Assembly (NCBI GenBank): GCA_051294375.1
Contig: CM119271.1
Span: 5,389,850-5,444,892, forward strand
Source of the DNA: Paraspadella gotoi
Lineage: Eukaryota; Animalia; Chaetognatha
DNA length: 55,043 nt
Reading direction: 5' to 3'
Below the pieces are notes generated by a model that worked only from the letters and a program-made list of their open reading frames with translations, was not told where the DNA came from and ran no database searches. Shown here piece after piece: positions 1 to 11,930 of this stretch (the first letter of the stretch is position 1; every line of letters begins with the position of its first letter). Both the position numbers and the translations under genes were made by a program.

Positions 1-639
1 GTACTTGGAAAAAAAGAAAGAAATATTATCGTATAAAAATATTAGTTTTAATAATTTTTTTTTAATAGTTTATAAATTTTTCAAGGTTATTGTGTTATTA
101 AATAAGATTTTTTCCTTATATAATTTTAGATATCCTTAGATATTTATTAAATGAATGGATAATTTTTATATTGGTTGTACCAATTTCATATGTATATAAA
201 GAGAGTTCAGGTATATTTTTTTAAGTATTAAATATTCTGTATTTTCTTTTGATTCGTTAACAATATTAATAAACATATATATACTTTTAATATCCGTCCC
301 GTTTTTAAATGAGAAAACCAGTGGCTCAATGCGACCCTGGAAATTATCTTAAAATCACCCATGAGATTCGGAGCTGCTGGGAAAAAAGAAGGGAAAAAAA
401 AGGAAAAGTCCTCGGGTTAAAAAAAAAANNNNNNNNNNNNNNNNNNNNNNNNNNNNNNNNNNNNNNNNNNNNNNNNNNNNNNNNNNNNNNNNNNNNNNNN
501 NNNNNNNNNNNNNNNNNNNNNNNNNNNNNNNNNNNNNNNNNNNNNNNNNNNNNNNNNNNNNNNNNNNNNNNNNNNNNNNNNNNNNNNNNNNNNNNNNNNN
601 NNNNNNNNNNNNNNNNNNNNNNNNNNNNNNNNNNNNNNN

Positions 640-671
<32 letters not shown>

Positions 672-928
672 CAAAAGGACGGAATCAGTGAATCAACGAA
701 TTCGAGAGAATCAATGGAATCACGAGTCACAGAATTCGCGAGTCACGAAACTCCCGAGTTCGGGATCCGAATTTTCCGCCGCCGGCGAATTAATCTACTT
801 TCCTTTCCTCTACTCTCCTTTCCTCTACTCTCCTTTCCTTATTTTTTCTCTTTTTTTTCCTTTATATATGTGTAATTTTATATATAAAAACTCTCCCACT
901 TAAACTCCGGCTCCAAACTTATCTCTCA

Positions 929-1232
929 TCATCTTTTCTTGGGAAGAGATACATTTTGAGAACATCTCAAGTTGTTCCAGCACCAGCAACAATTATCCTC
1001 CTTTGCAAAAGATAAAGAAAGACAGACTTCGATGGCCGCATATGAAATCTCGTCTATCTTTTAGGTTTTATCTGACGCTAATATTTTGCGCGGGTTCACT
1101 TAATTTATCCCGCTGAATGACAATTTGGCAATTCGACTTAAATAAAATTAAGAAAGCCAGTAATGACGGGTATACGTTAAAACGAAAACATTAATTCCAC
1201 ACAAAAAGATATAAAAATTCAAATTACCCCTA

Positions 1233-1279
<47 letters not shown>

Positions 1280-1857
1280 CCGCTCGAACGACGTTCAGAC
1301 TTGGAGGGGCCAAGAGAGGAAAGGAATTTATCGTCGCTTTGGGGCCAAATAATTAGTTCTCACTCGTGAAACAAAGTTAACTTTTTTTTTTTTTTAAATT
1401 TCGATTCCGTTTCACTCGCCATCGTTGTGAGAGGCCATTGTGAGGATAATTTAAAATATTCAAATGATGATAAAGTGATTAAAATGAAGTTTTTTGCATG
1501 CGTAATTATTTCGCAATCCCCCTTCAGCTTTAGAGCAATATAAACAGTTTGTAAACACGTTTATAATTTAAAAGAAGGTAAAACTAAGTTCTCAAGTAAA
1601 TTAGGTTTGAAGAAACCCCAAATAATGTTGATGCATTTAAACTCATTTCAAACTCACCCAACGAAGCTGCATCTTCGCTCAACCAAACTAGGGGGATGAG
1701 AACCGAGATTTGAAGGGTCAACTTTGCCTTCGTCGGCTTCGTCGCCATCGTCGTCATCATCGTCGTTATCGTCGTTTTCGTCCTCGTCGTCCTCATCGAC
1801 GGCGTCCGCAGCGCCCTCGTCCGTCCGACGTCGAAAACAACCAAAAAAAAAGAGCAT
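929..1857 (-). CDS. Putative small 3-exon orphan protein (~126 aa; Asp-rich tract, poly-Ser, CCWC tail); 5' end may extend further
   Basis: Minus-strand exons 1857-1658 (MLFFFGCFRRRTDEG...D-rich...ERRCSFVG, donor GTGAGT), 1336-1228 (DDKFLSSLGPSKSERRSSG-polyS-LG, donor GTAATT) and 1000-929 (EDNCCWCWNNLRCSQNVSLPKKR*). Intron phases 2 and 0 join in frame (200+109+72=381 nt). No recognisable homology. Confidence 0.45.
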
Positions 1858-1929
1858 CGATCGAAATCTTTTTCTCGCCTCTCGCCGATCATCGCGCCCC
1901 TCGTGACCTTTGACCCCATTCTGGAACCA

Positions 1930-4900
1930 GCGCCACTTATGGAAATGAGAAGCGAAGAGTGGTTTTGCCGCGGTTTTTTTTTGTTGTTGTTGCTGTTGTT
2001 GTTTTTGTTGTTGTCTTTGTTGTTGTTTTGGTTTGATGTGAGGAGATGGAAGATGAAAGAAAGAAAAAGAAGAGAAGGTGAGGGAAGAAGGAAGGATAAG
2101 GGATAACAGAACAAAAAGGGGAGAGAAAGAAAGAATGTAGAAAAACATTGCATAAAAAGAAAGAAAGAAAGAAAGANNNNNNNNNNNNNNNNNNNNNNNN
2201 NNNNNNNNNNNNNNNNNNNNNNNNNNNNNNNNNNNNNNNNNNNNNNNNNNNNNNNNNNNNNNNNNNNNNNNNNNNNNNNNNNNNNNNNNNNNNNNNNNNN
2301 NNNNNNNNNNNNNNNNNNNNNNNNNNNNNNNNNNNNNNNNNNNNNNNNNNNNNNNNNNNNNNNNNNNNNNNNNNNNNNNNNNNNNNNNNNNNNNNNNNNN
2401 NNNNNNNNNNNNNNNNNNNNNNNNNNNNNNNNNNNNNNNNNNNNNNNNNNNNNNNNNNNNNNNNNNNNNNNNNNNNNNNNNNNNNNNNNNNNNNNNNNNN
2501 NNNNNNNNNNNNNNNNNNNNNNNNNNNNNNNNNNNNNNNNNNNNNNNNNNNNNNNNNNNNNNNNNNNNNNNNNNNNNNNNNNNNNNNNNNNNNNNNNNNN
2601 NNNNNNNNNNNNNNNNNNNNNNNNNNNNNNNNNNNNNNNNNNNNNNNNNNNNNNNNNNNNNNNNNNNNNNNNNNNNNNNNNNNNNNNNNNNNNNNNNNNN
2701 NNNNNNNNNNNNNNNNNNNNNNNNNNNNNNNNNNNNNNNNNNNNNNNNNNNNNNNNNNNNNNNNNNNNNNNNNNNNNNNNNNNNNNNNNNNNNNNNNNNN
2801 NNNNNNNNNNNAGAGTTGGGCTCGAAAGGCAGGGCGCTGGAGAGGGACAGTGGGAAGGAAACGAGAGGGCAAGATGAGCTGAGAAAAAATGAGAGATTGG
2901 AAGTTGGGAGTAAAAAAAAAAATGGAAAGAGAAAGTTAAGGAAGGAACTGAGAGAAAAAGAGGAGAGAGAGAAGAAAAAAAAAAGAACTTATAAAAACTT
3001 GATTGCAATGGTAGAGTACAATAGTAAAAAAAAAAAGAAAGGGGGAAAAGATTACTTATTATAAAATACATGGCGATTATGATAAGGCATTTACAGAAAA
3101 AAAATTGCGAGAAAAACGGTTCCTTGCCAGTACGGGTGATGGGAATGATTGATTGATTTAATTTTTACTTAATATTGTACAAATAGCGAATGAAGCTTTT
3201 GAACGCAAATAAGATTGAGAACGTTTTAGGTCACGTGGGTCATGCGTCTGGCCACCGTGGAAACCGGTGGTTGATTAGCCACTGACCTCGCGCTGAGAAC
3301 ACTTGGGCCGACTTTTAAAGCCGACGAGCTCATGTCGCCATATTGATTTGTTTGAGATGCGTGCGAATATATTTCACTTCACCATCTACATCACAGTGTA
3401 ATATGCTTTTGTATCTTTGCTTGTATATAATGTTTTAACAACCGTCCATCAGGTGATAATAAATTTGTGAGCGTTTTTCTTCGTCCGATTACGTACCGTC
3501 ACTGGTAGGAGCGGCATCCGGTTTAAAAAGTCGATGACGCGTTAGCAGCGATCAGCCCGATCAGAAAAAGTGAAAGAAGATAGGAGGGAAAGAGAAAGAG
3601 GGAAGGCGAAAGAGAGGAGGTCAGATAAGGAAAACAAGGAACGGTTATTCCAAGGTGTTGCGACTCATTACTTTTCTTTTTACTTATTTACTTATTTCTT
3701 GAAAAACAAAGGGCGGCGCCAGTAGTCGCTTAGATTTGATTNNNNNNNNNNNNNNNNNNNNNNNNNNNNNNNNNNNNNNNNNNNNNNNNNNNNNNNNNNN
3801 NNNNNNNNNNNNNNNNNNNNNNNNNNNNNNNNNNNNNNNNNNNNNNNNNNNNNNNNNNNNNNNNNNNNNNNNNNNNNNNNNNNNNNNNNNNNNNNNNNNN
3901 NNNNNNNNNNNNNNNNNNNNNNNNNNNNNNNNNNNNNNNNNNNNNNNNNNNNNNNNNNNNNNNNNNNNNNNNNNNNNNNNNNNNNNNNNNNNNNNNNNNN
4001 NNNNNNNNNNNNNNNNNNNNNNNNNNNNNNNNNNNNNNNNNNNNNNNNNNNNNNNNNNNNNNNNNNNNNNNNNNNNNNNNNNNNNNNNNNNNNNNNNNNN
4101 NNNNNNNNNNNNNNNNNNNNNNNNNNNNNNNNNNNNNNNNNNNNNNNNNNNNNNNNNNNNNNNNNNNNNNNNNNNNNNNNNNNNNNNNNNNNNNNNNNNN
4201 NNNNNNNNNNNNNNNNNNNNNNNNNNNNNNNNNNNNNNNNNNNNNNNNNNNNNNNNNNNNNNNNNNNNNNNNNNNNNNNNNNNNNNNNNNNNNNNNNNNN
4301 NNNNNNNNNNNNNNNNNNNNNNNNNNNNNNNNNNNNNNNNNNNNNNNNNNNNNNNNNNNNNNNNNNNNNNNNNNNNNNNNNNNNNNNNNNNNNNNNNAAC
4401 GATTTCGCAAAAATTAAAACGTTCGATACAAATTACCTTTTTAAACATAATCAATACAGACTTTTAACTCGATCTTAATTTTCACAAAATTCACCCGAGC
4501 GCGCTTGAGCGTTCCCTNNNNNNNNNNNNNNNNNNNNNNNNNNNNNNNNNNNNNNNNNNNNNNNNNNNNNNNNNNNNNNNNNNNNNNNNNNNNNNNNNNN
4601 NNNNNNNNNNNNNNNNNNNNNNNNNNNNNNNNNNNNNNNNNNNNNNNNNNNNNNNNNNNNNNNNNNNNNNNNNNNNNNNNNNNNNNNNNNNNNNNNNNNN
4701 NNNNNNNNNNNNNNNNNNNNNNNNNNNNNNNNNNNNNNNNNNNNNNNAAAATAAAATAAGGAGAGAATCGAAGTCGAAAGGAACAAGAAAATATCCGGGG
4801 TTAAGCATATGAATGGCGCGCGAGAAGTGAGAACAGCTCGCGCGCGGGTTTGAGAGACGAACGGGAAAGCTAAGACCGACAGCTAATGGCGGGAAAACGT

Positions 4901-7900
4901 AAAGTACCCAGGGATGGAGGTGGAGGGAGAGGGGAGAAAAAGGTCCCTTTTCGACTCGATGTCGTACGAAAGGTTTTTTTTTTTTAGATGATAATTCTTG
5001 GGCGATCATTCGTCTCTAATAATCGGCTGCGGTGTGGATATGGAGCTAAGTGGGCTGAAGACGACTATCCGTAACTTCTATGCCCCCTCAGCAACCATGG
5101 AACGGGTTCTGGGCTTTGAATCAGGGTTTTCCACGCACCCAAGACGGTTTACGGCCGTCCTCACGGTTCCCGCAAGGGAGGTACCGGGTTGGGATTGAAC
5201 CCGGTACCTCGCCACTTATGGAAATGAGAAGCGAAGAGTGGTTTCTCCCGCCGCGGGTTTTTTTTTTGTTGGTTGTTGCTGCGTTGTTGTTTTTTGTTGT
5301 TGATGTCTCTTTGTTGTTGTAGTTCTTGGTTTTGATCGTGATGAGATGGAAGAGATGAAAGAAAGAAAAAAAAGGAGAACGGTGAGAAAGAAGGAAAAGA
5401 ATACAGAGGGATACCAGAACAAAAAGGGGGAGAGAAAGAAAGAATGTTAGAAAACATCATTGATAGAAAAGAAAAAGAAAGGAAAAGAGAAAGAACACAG
5501 AAAGAAAATAAGAGAAAAAGAAAGCAAAGAGAAAGAAAGAATTAACGAAACAAAGAATAGAAGAAAAGAAAAGAGAAAGGAAAAAAAAGAAAAAAGAGAA
5601 AGCAAGAAAGAGAGCTAAGAAGAAGAGCTAAGAAAAGAAAGAAAAGAAAGAACAGAAAAGAGATCGAGAAGCTAGCAAGCTAAGAATAAGGTAAGGGAGA
5701 GCAAGAAAAACGTAGAGCAAGAGAAAAAGAAAGAAAAGAAAGAAATAAAGAAAGGAAAGGAAAGCAATAATAGCAATTTATTTATATTTAAGAAGCAAGA
5801 AAGAAAGAAAGAAAAAGAAATAAAGATTCTGTAGAAAGAAAAAAAGAAAGAAAGGAAAGAAAGGGAATGAAGAAAGGAAAGAAAGAAAGAAAGAAAGAAA
5901 AAAGAAAAGGGGAAAACAGGGGAAATGACGCGACGAAGGAGAGGCAAGGAAAGAGTGCAAGATAGAAAGGAAAAGAAAGAAAGACTCTAAGAGAAGAAAG
6001 AACAAAGAAAAGAAAGAAAGGAGAAGAAAGAAAGAAAAATTTCCGTTCTGGAAATAGGAGGGGAGCAACAAAAAAATCCTCTCGACTGAGAAATTGCAAT
6101 AAACGACAGTAATCAGAGGCAGAAAATACTGAAGAGAGAGAGAAGAGAGAGAGGAGAGAGAGAGAGAGAGGAGACGAGGAGAGAGAGAGAGACGGAGAGA
6201 GAGAGAGAGATTGGGATACACAGGGTTGGGCCTCGAAATGGCAGGGCGCTGGAGAGGGGACAGTGGGAAGGAAACGACGAGGGCAAGATGAGCTGAGAAA
6301 AAATGAGAGATTTGGAAGTTGGAGTAAAAAAAAAAAATGGAAAAGAGAAAGTTAAGGAAGAACTGAGAGAAAAAAGAGGAGAGAGAAGAAAAAAAAAAAG
6401 AACTTATAAAACTTGATTGCAATGTAGAGTACAATATAAAAAAAAAAAAAGAAAGGGGGAACCAGATTACTTATTTATAAAACATGGCGATTATGATAAG
6501 GCATTCACAGAAAAAAATGCGAGAAAAACGGTTCGTGCCAGTACGGGTGATGGAAATGATTGATTTGATTTAATTTGTTACTTAATATTGTACAACATAG
6601 CGAATGAAGCTTTTGAAACGCAAATAAGATTGAGAACGTTTTACGCGTCACGTGGGCGTCATGCGGTTGCTGGCCACCGTGGAACCCGGGTGGTTGATTA
6701 GCACTGACCTTCGCGGCTGAGCAACACCTCGGCGACTTTTAAAGCCCGAACGAGCTCATGTCGCCATATTTGATTTGGTTGAGCGTATGTGTGCGAATAT
6801 TATTCACTTCACCATCTACATCACAGTTGTAATTGCTTTTGTATCTTTGGTTGTTATAATGTTTAACAAACCGTTCCATCAGGTGTAATAAATTTGGAGC
6901 GTTTTTTCTATCGTCCGATTACGTACCGTCACTGGTAGGAGCGGCATCCGGTTTTAAAATGTCGATGAAGCGGTAGCAGCGAATCAGCCGATCAGGAAAA
7001 AGTGACAAGAAGATAGGAGGGAAAGAGAAAAAGAGGGTAGGCGAACAGAGAGGGAGGTCAATAAGGAAAACAAAGCGAACGGTTTTGCCAAGGTGTTGCG
7101 GACTCATACTTTTCTCTTTTTACTTATTTACTTATTCTGTGAAAAACAAAGGGCGGCGCCAGTGAGTCGCTTAGATTGATTTTTCAACAAATGAGCCACA
7201 AACTATAAGGCAAGTTATATAAGTTTTTACGTCAAGTGCGGACAGATCGATGGACAGACATAACCGACGGACCGACTGACGGACCGACCCGACGAAAAAA
7301 GACTTATAGAGTTGCTCCGCGAGTACTCGCGGCGAACTAAAAACAGTATGAGAAAATAAGGCTACGGAATATCGAGGAAGTATTCAAGCCACCAAAAGCA
7401 AATCGGATCGGAGAGTTCGGGCGATCTCCGCCAAAGAATTGAATCGCCGAATCCCCGATTGGTCGATGATTTGGAAAACCGGAATCGACCAATCAGACGG
7501 TGTAAAAAAAAAAACGGAATCAAAAAGAAACAAGAAACAAGAACAAGATAAGAGGAGAAATCAAGAAGAACCAAAGGCAAAAAAAGCATCCTCGAGAACA
7601 AAAACTCATGATTCGCTCTAAGGAGTTCAATGGCTTGAACGTAGTTTGAGAAAGACTAAAAGACCGCGATCCAAAAAGAGGCAGAATGCGTAGCAAAAAT
7701 TGGTGAAAGCATCATGAAAGGCCAAAGGGAGACGAAGGAGACGACTAAAGGGAGATGGCTGGGAAAGGAGATGGAGATAAAAAGGAGATGGAGAATAGTG
7801 AGATAACGAAAAAAAAGGAAAAAGGGAAGAAGCGAAGTAAGGAGTTTTGAGCATCGAGAACGAGAGGAAGAAATGAATGGCCCATGAGAGGAGAGAGAGA

Positions 7901-8749
7901 GAGATAAGCGACGAAAGATAATGAGAATTCTATTCGATGGTGATGACACAACATGTAAGGACAACGACGCGATACGACGACAACGGACCAACAGTAACGA
8001 TCGACAGTAAAGACAAAGTTAAGGAACAAAACGATTTCTGCAAAATTAAAACTCGATCGATACAAGTTTACCTTTTTAAACATAATCAAATACAGACTTG
8101 TGTAACTCGATCTTAATATCTTCACACAAATTCACCCGAGCGCGCTGAGCGTTCCCTCGTGATACTCCAACAACCGCGCCGCTCGTCTCCGCGTTTGCGA
8201 GGCCAGTAAAAATTTCGAGAGAGAGCAGAGAGAGAGAACTATTACCCACAAAATTCCAGGTGCAGTGGGAACAAAAAAAAAAAAATAAAAATAAAATAAG
8301 GGAGAGATCGAAGTTCGAAAGGAACAAGAAAATATCCGTAAGCATATTGATGGCGCGCCGAGAAGTGAGAACAGCTCGCGCGCGGGTTTGAGAGACGCAA
8401 CGGGAAAGCTAAGACCGACAGCTTAATGGCGGGAAAAACGTAAAGTACCAGGGATGATGGTGCGAGGGAGAGGGAGAAAAGGCCCTTTTCGACTCGATGT
8501 CGTACGATAAGGTTTTTTTTTTTTTAGATGATAATTCTTGGGCGATCATTCGTCTCTAATTAATCGCTGCGGTGTGGATATGGAGCTAAGTGCGCGCTGA
8601 GACGACTATCCGTAACTTCTATTGCCCCCTCGCAACCATGGACAACGGTTTCTGGGGCTTTGAATCCAGGGTTTTCCACGCGTTTACGGCCGTTTCCTCA
8701 CGCTTCCCGCTAGGGAGGTCTACCGGGTTGGGCATTGAACCCGGTACCT
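1930..8749. repeat. Apparent tandem duplication (1930-5209 / 5210-8749), probably a long-read gap-fill artefact
   Basis: Both units begin CGCCACTTATGGAAATGAGAAGCGAAGAGTGG and end GAACCCGGTACCT. The first copy has N gaps; the second fills them but differs by scattered 1-bp indels. Confidence 0.85.
7067..7343 (-). mobile_element. DINE-1/Helentron-like non-autonomous element, family A (counterpart begins at ~3632 and runs into a gap)
   Basis: Reverse complement of the 15031-15373 element: CCGCGAGTACTCGCGG hairpin, (GACC/GACA)n microsatellite, and the AAACAA...AACGGTT...CCAAGGTGTTGCG terminus. Confidence 0.6.
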
Positions 8750-8760
8750 GAAGGTGTCAT
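8570..8760 (-). mobile_element. tRNA-headed SINE-like repeat (also 5030-5209 in the duplicated unit)
   Basis: Minus strand reads GGTACCGGGTTCAATGCCC (Pol III B-box-like) within a GC-richer body. Confidence 0.35.
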
Positions 8761-9357
8761 GCTTTATAGGGGCCTGGTGAAATTATTGCAGATGCCCGAC
8801 TACAGCGGTGTTAGATTTTCGGGGGGGGGGTAAGTTTAATTTCGGTTCGAGCCGTGCGGTTTGAGTTNNNNNNNNNNNNNNNNNNNNNNNNNGAGTTTTT
8901 TGAGTTTTTTTTATTTTGAGGGATTGAACAAAATAAAGAGAACAATAAGGACATTTAAAAGCTGTACTTTGATCGGCATCTGACATATTTTCGAAAGGGG
9001 TGTGGAAAGAAAGTTGGTCCGTATAATAGAACCGTAACGTAGGGAATTAATCCTAACTCCTAAGTAATGTTTCCTGAAAATGAAAAGTACGTATGTGGCT
9101 AACTCTTAAAAAGCTTTTGAATTTTTTTATTTTAAGTTTAAGTAGTCACGTTTGTTTTTAAACAGTAAACAGTAAAGACAAATTTAGCGCAAGGAATAGT
9201 GAATGACTTTTAAGAGAGTGAGCGACTTACCCAGACGGTGAGCGACTTACTCTAGGGAGTGTCCAACAAAGACAATTCCTTAATCAACTCCGTAGATTCG
9301 TCGAAGGACAACGAATTTGACGATTCGTATTAATCCCTCGGCGTCTCCTGAAATACC

Positions 9358-9426
<69 letters not shown>

Positions 9427-11509
9427 AAAAAGTGACCGACTACAGTTGGAGACACAAAAGTGAAAAAATATCCGAGGAGACAGAGAGAGGAAGAGTGAAG
9501 GTCAAAGATTTTGACCATATTTGGTCATGAATCCATTGACCCCGAAAGAGATAAGACGAATCTATTGAGGAAAAGAGGAAGAGGAGTCGTCGTTGGCGAC
9601 ATTCTCTTCTTCCGAGTGATTAACGGAGGAAGAGGAGGAAAATGACGACGACGATGATGACAATAACATTTGTGACGATGAAGACGATGACAATGATGAT
9701 GACAACGATGACAATGATTGTGACGACCTCGTTGACGATTATGACGATGAAGTTGACGTGATAACGAATTTAACTTTTGAATCGACGACTGGAATCAAAA
9801 CGACGAAGATGAGGAAGATGACAAATCACAAGCACGAAGACGACGCTGATGACATCAATTACGACAATCGTTACGATTATGATGATGACATCAATGACGA
9901 CAATCACAACGACGACGCTGATGACATCAATGACGACGACAGTGAGGATGCCAGCGTCAATTGAAATGAAACCGGCGGAGCAGAATATGACATCCTGGAT
10001 GTTACAAACAAATGAGAAGTTGGACAATCAGGNNNNNNNNNNNNNNNNNNNNNNNNNNNNNNNNNNNNNNNNNNNNNNNNNNNNNNNNNNNNNNNNNNNN
10101 NNNNNNNNNNNNNNNNNNNNNNNNNNNNNNNNNNNNNNNNNNNNNNNNNNNNNNNNNNNNNNNNNNNNNNNNNNNNNNNNNNNNNNNNNNNNNNNNNNNN
10201 NNNNNNNNNNNNNNNNNNNNNNNNNNNNNNNNNNNNNNNNNNNNNNNNNNNNNNNNNNNNNNNNNNNNNNNNNNNNNNNNNNNNNNNNNNNNNNNNNNNN
10301 NNNNNNNNNNNNNNNNNNNNNNNNNNNNNNNNNNNNNNNNNNNNNNNNNNNNNNNNNNNNNNNNNNNNNNNNNNNNNNNNNNNNNNNNNNNNNNNNNNNN
10401 NNNNNNNNNNNNNNNNNNNNNNNNNNNNNNNNNNNNNNNNNNNNNNNNNNNNNNNNNNNNNNNNNNNNNNNNNNNNNNNNNNNNNNNNNNNNNNNNNNNN
10501 NNNNNNNNNNNNNNNNNNNNNNNNNNNNNNNNNNNNNNNNNNNNNNNNNNNNNNNNNNNNNNNNNNNNNNNNNNNNNNNNNNNNNNNNNNNNNNNNNNNN
10601 NNNNNNNNNNNNNNNNNNNNNNNNNNNNNNNNNNNNNNNNNNNNNNNNNNNNNNNNNNNNNNNNNNNNNNNNNNNNNNNNNNNNNNNNNNNNNNNNNNNN
10701 NNNNNNNNNNNNNNNNNNNNNNNNNNNNNNNNNNNNNNNNNNNNNNNNNNNNNNNNNNNNNNNNNNNNNNNNNNNNNNNNNNNNNNNNNNNNNNNNNNGA
10801 GAGAGAGAGGACCCAAGATCGAGTGAAGACCTTCTTTGACTTCCAAAGTGGCATTGATAGTATCACTCGCGGTCTCTTCTTCTTTCTCTTTCATCTTTTT
10901 TTCAATCTTTNNNNNNNNNNNNNNNNNNNNNNNNNNNNNNNNNNNNNNNNNNNNNNNNNNNNNNNNNNNNNNNNNNNNNNNNNNNNNNNNNNNNNNNNNN
11001 NNNNNNNNNNNNNNNNNNNNNNNNNNNNNNNNNNNNNNNNNNNNNNNNNNNNNNNNNNNNNNNNNNNNNNNNNNNNNNNNNNNNNNNNNNNNNNNNNNNN
11101 NNNNNNNNNNNNNNNNNNNNNNNNNNNNNNNNNNNNNNNNNNNNNNNNNNNNNNNNAAAAAAAAAGTTGAAAGAAAAATGGTGAAAAAGATAAGACAGAT
11201 TGAATTCATATCTCGAGGTCGGAAAAAAAAACTTCTTTCTTTTTCTTTTCTTTCTTTTTTTTTNNNNNNNNNNNNNNNNNNNNNNNNNNNNNNNNNNNNN
11301 NNNNNNNNNNNNNNNNNNNNNNNNNNNNNNNNNNNNNNNNNNNNNNNNNNNNNNNNNNNNNNNNNNNNNNNNNNNNNNNNNNNNNNNNNNNNNNNNNNNN
11401 NNNNNNNNNNNNNNNNNNNNNNNNNNNNNNNNNTCTCTCTCTCTTTACAATGAAGCATCGTTCATCACTGCCATTCGCCGCTATTCGTCCGCCCGAAAGC
11501 CTCGGCGAA

Positions 11510-11930
11510 TATAAATCGAAGGGCGGCGTCGCGTCGGGCGGCTTCATGCGGCGTCGTGATGGCGTCGGGCAGCGACGAGATGGCGTTCTTAGGACGTCGG
11601 GCTACGTCTTGCAGCGTCCAGTGGCTTTTGGGCGCCGTAAGGATGACGTCAGACGGCGTCAAGTGGCGACTGGCGGGGACGGACATCGATAAGTTTGCTA
11701 GGACGGCGTCGAGATGGCGTCCCAATAGCTTCGGGCAGCGTCAACTGGCAAATAGCTACGCCGGGAAACGTCTGGCAGGCGTCGGTAGCGCTAGGGACCT
11801 TTTGGCGGCGTCGGGCTGCGTCCATCGGCGTACATGTGTCGGACAGCCGCGTATAACGTGGGCCGGCTTGATGGTTGCGTCGGGCAACTTTGGGCGGCTC
11901 CGCCCGGCGGCTCCGGCCGGCGTCGTTGGC
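11510..11930. repeat. GC-rich degenerate minisatellite (GGCGTCGGGCAGCG-like units)
   Basis: GGCGTC/GGCGTCGGG motifs recur about every 20-40 bp across a 420-bp GC island in AT-rich DNA. Confidence 0.55.

Noticed and set aside
5460-6440. Phe/Leu/Ser-rich 'membrane protein' ORFs (also 15509, 17942, 28326, 37803, 41200, 46811-47625)
   Set aside because: Translations of purine/pyrimidine simple repeats, with no splice or homology support.
9225-9350. Minus-strand exon-like segment with a TTTCAG acceptor and two tandem GTAAGT donors
   Set aside because: All three frames contain stops; it could be a UTR exon but cannot be tied to a gene.
9630-10030. Asp/Thr-rich ORFs
   Set aside because: Degenerate (GAY)n microsatellite running into a gap; no consistent frame.
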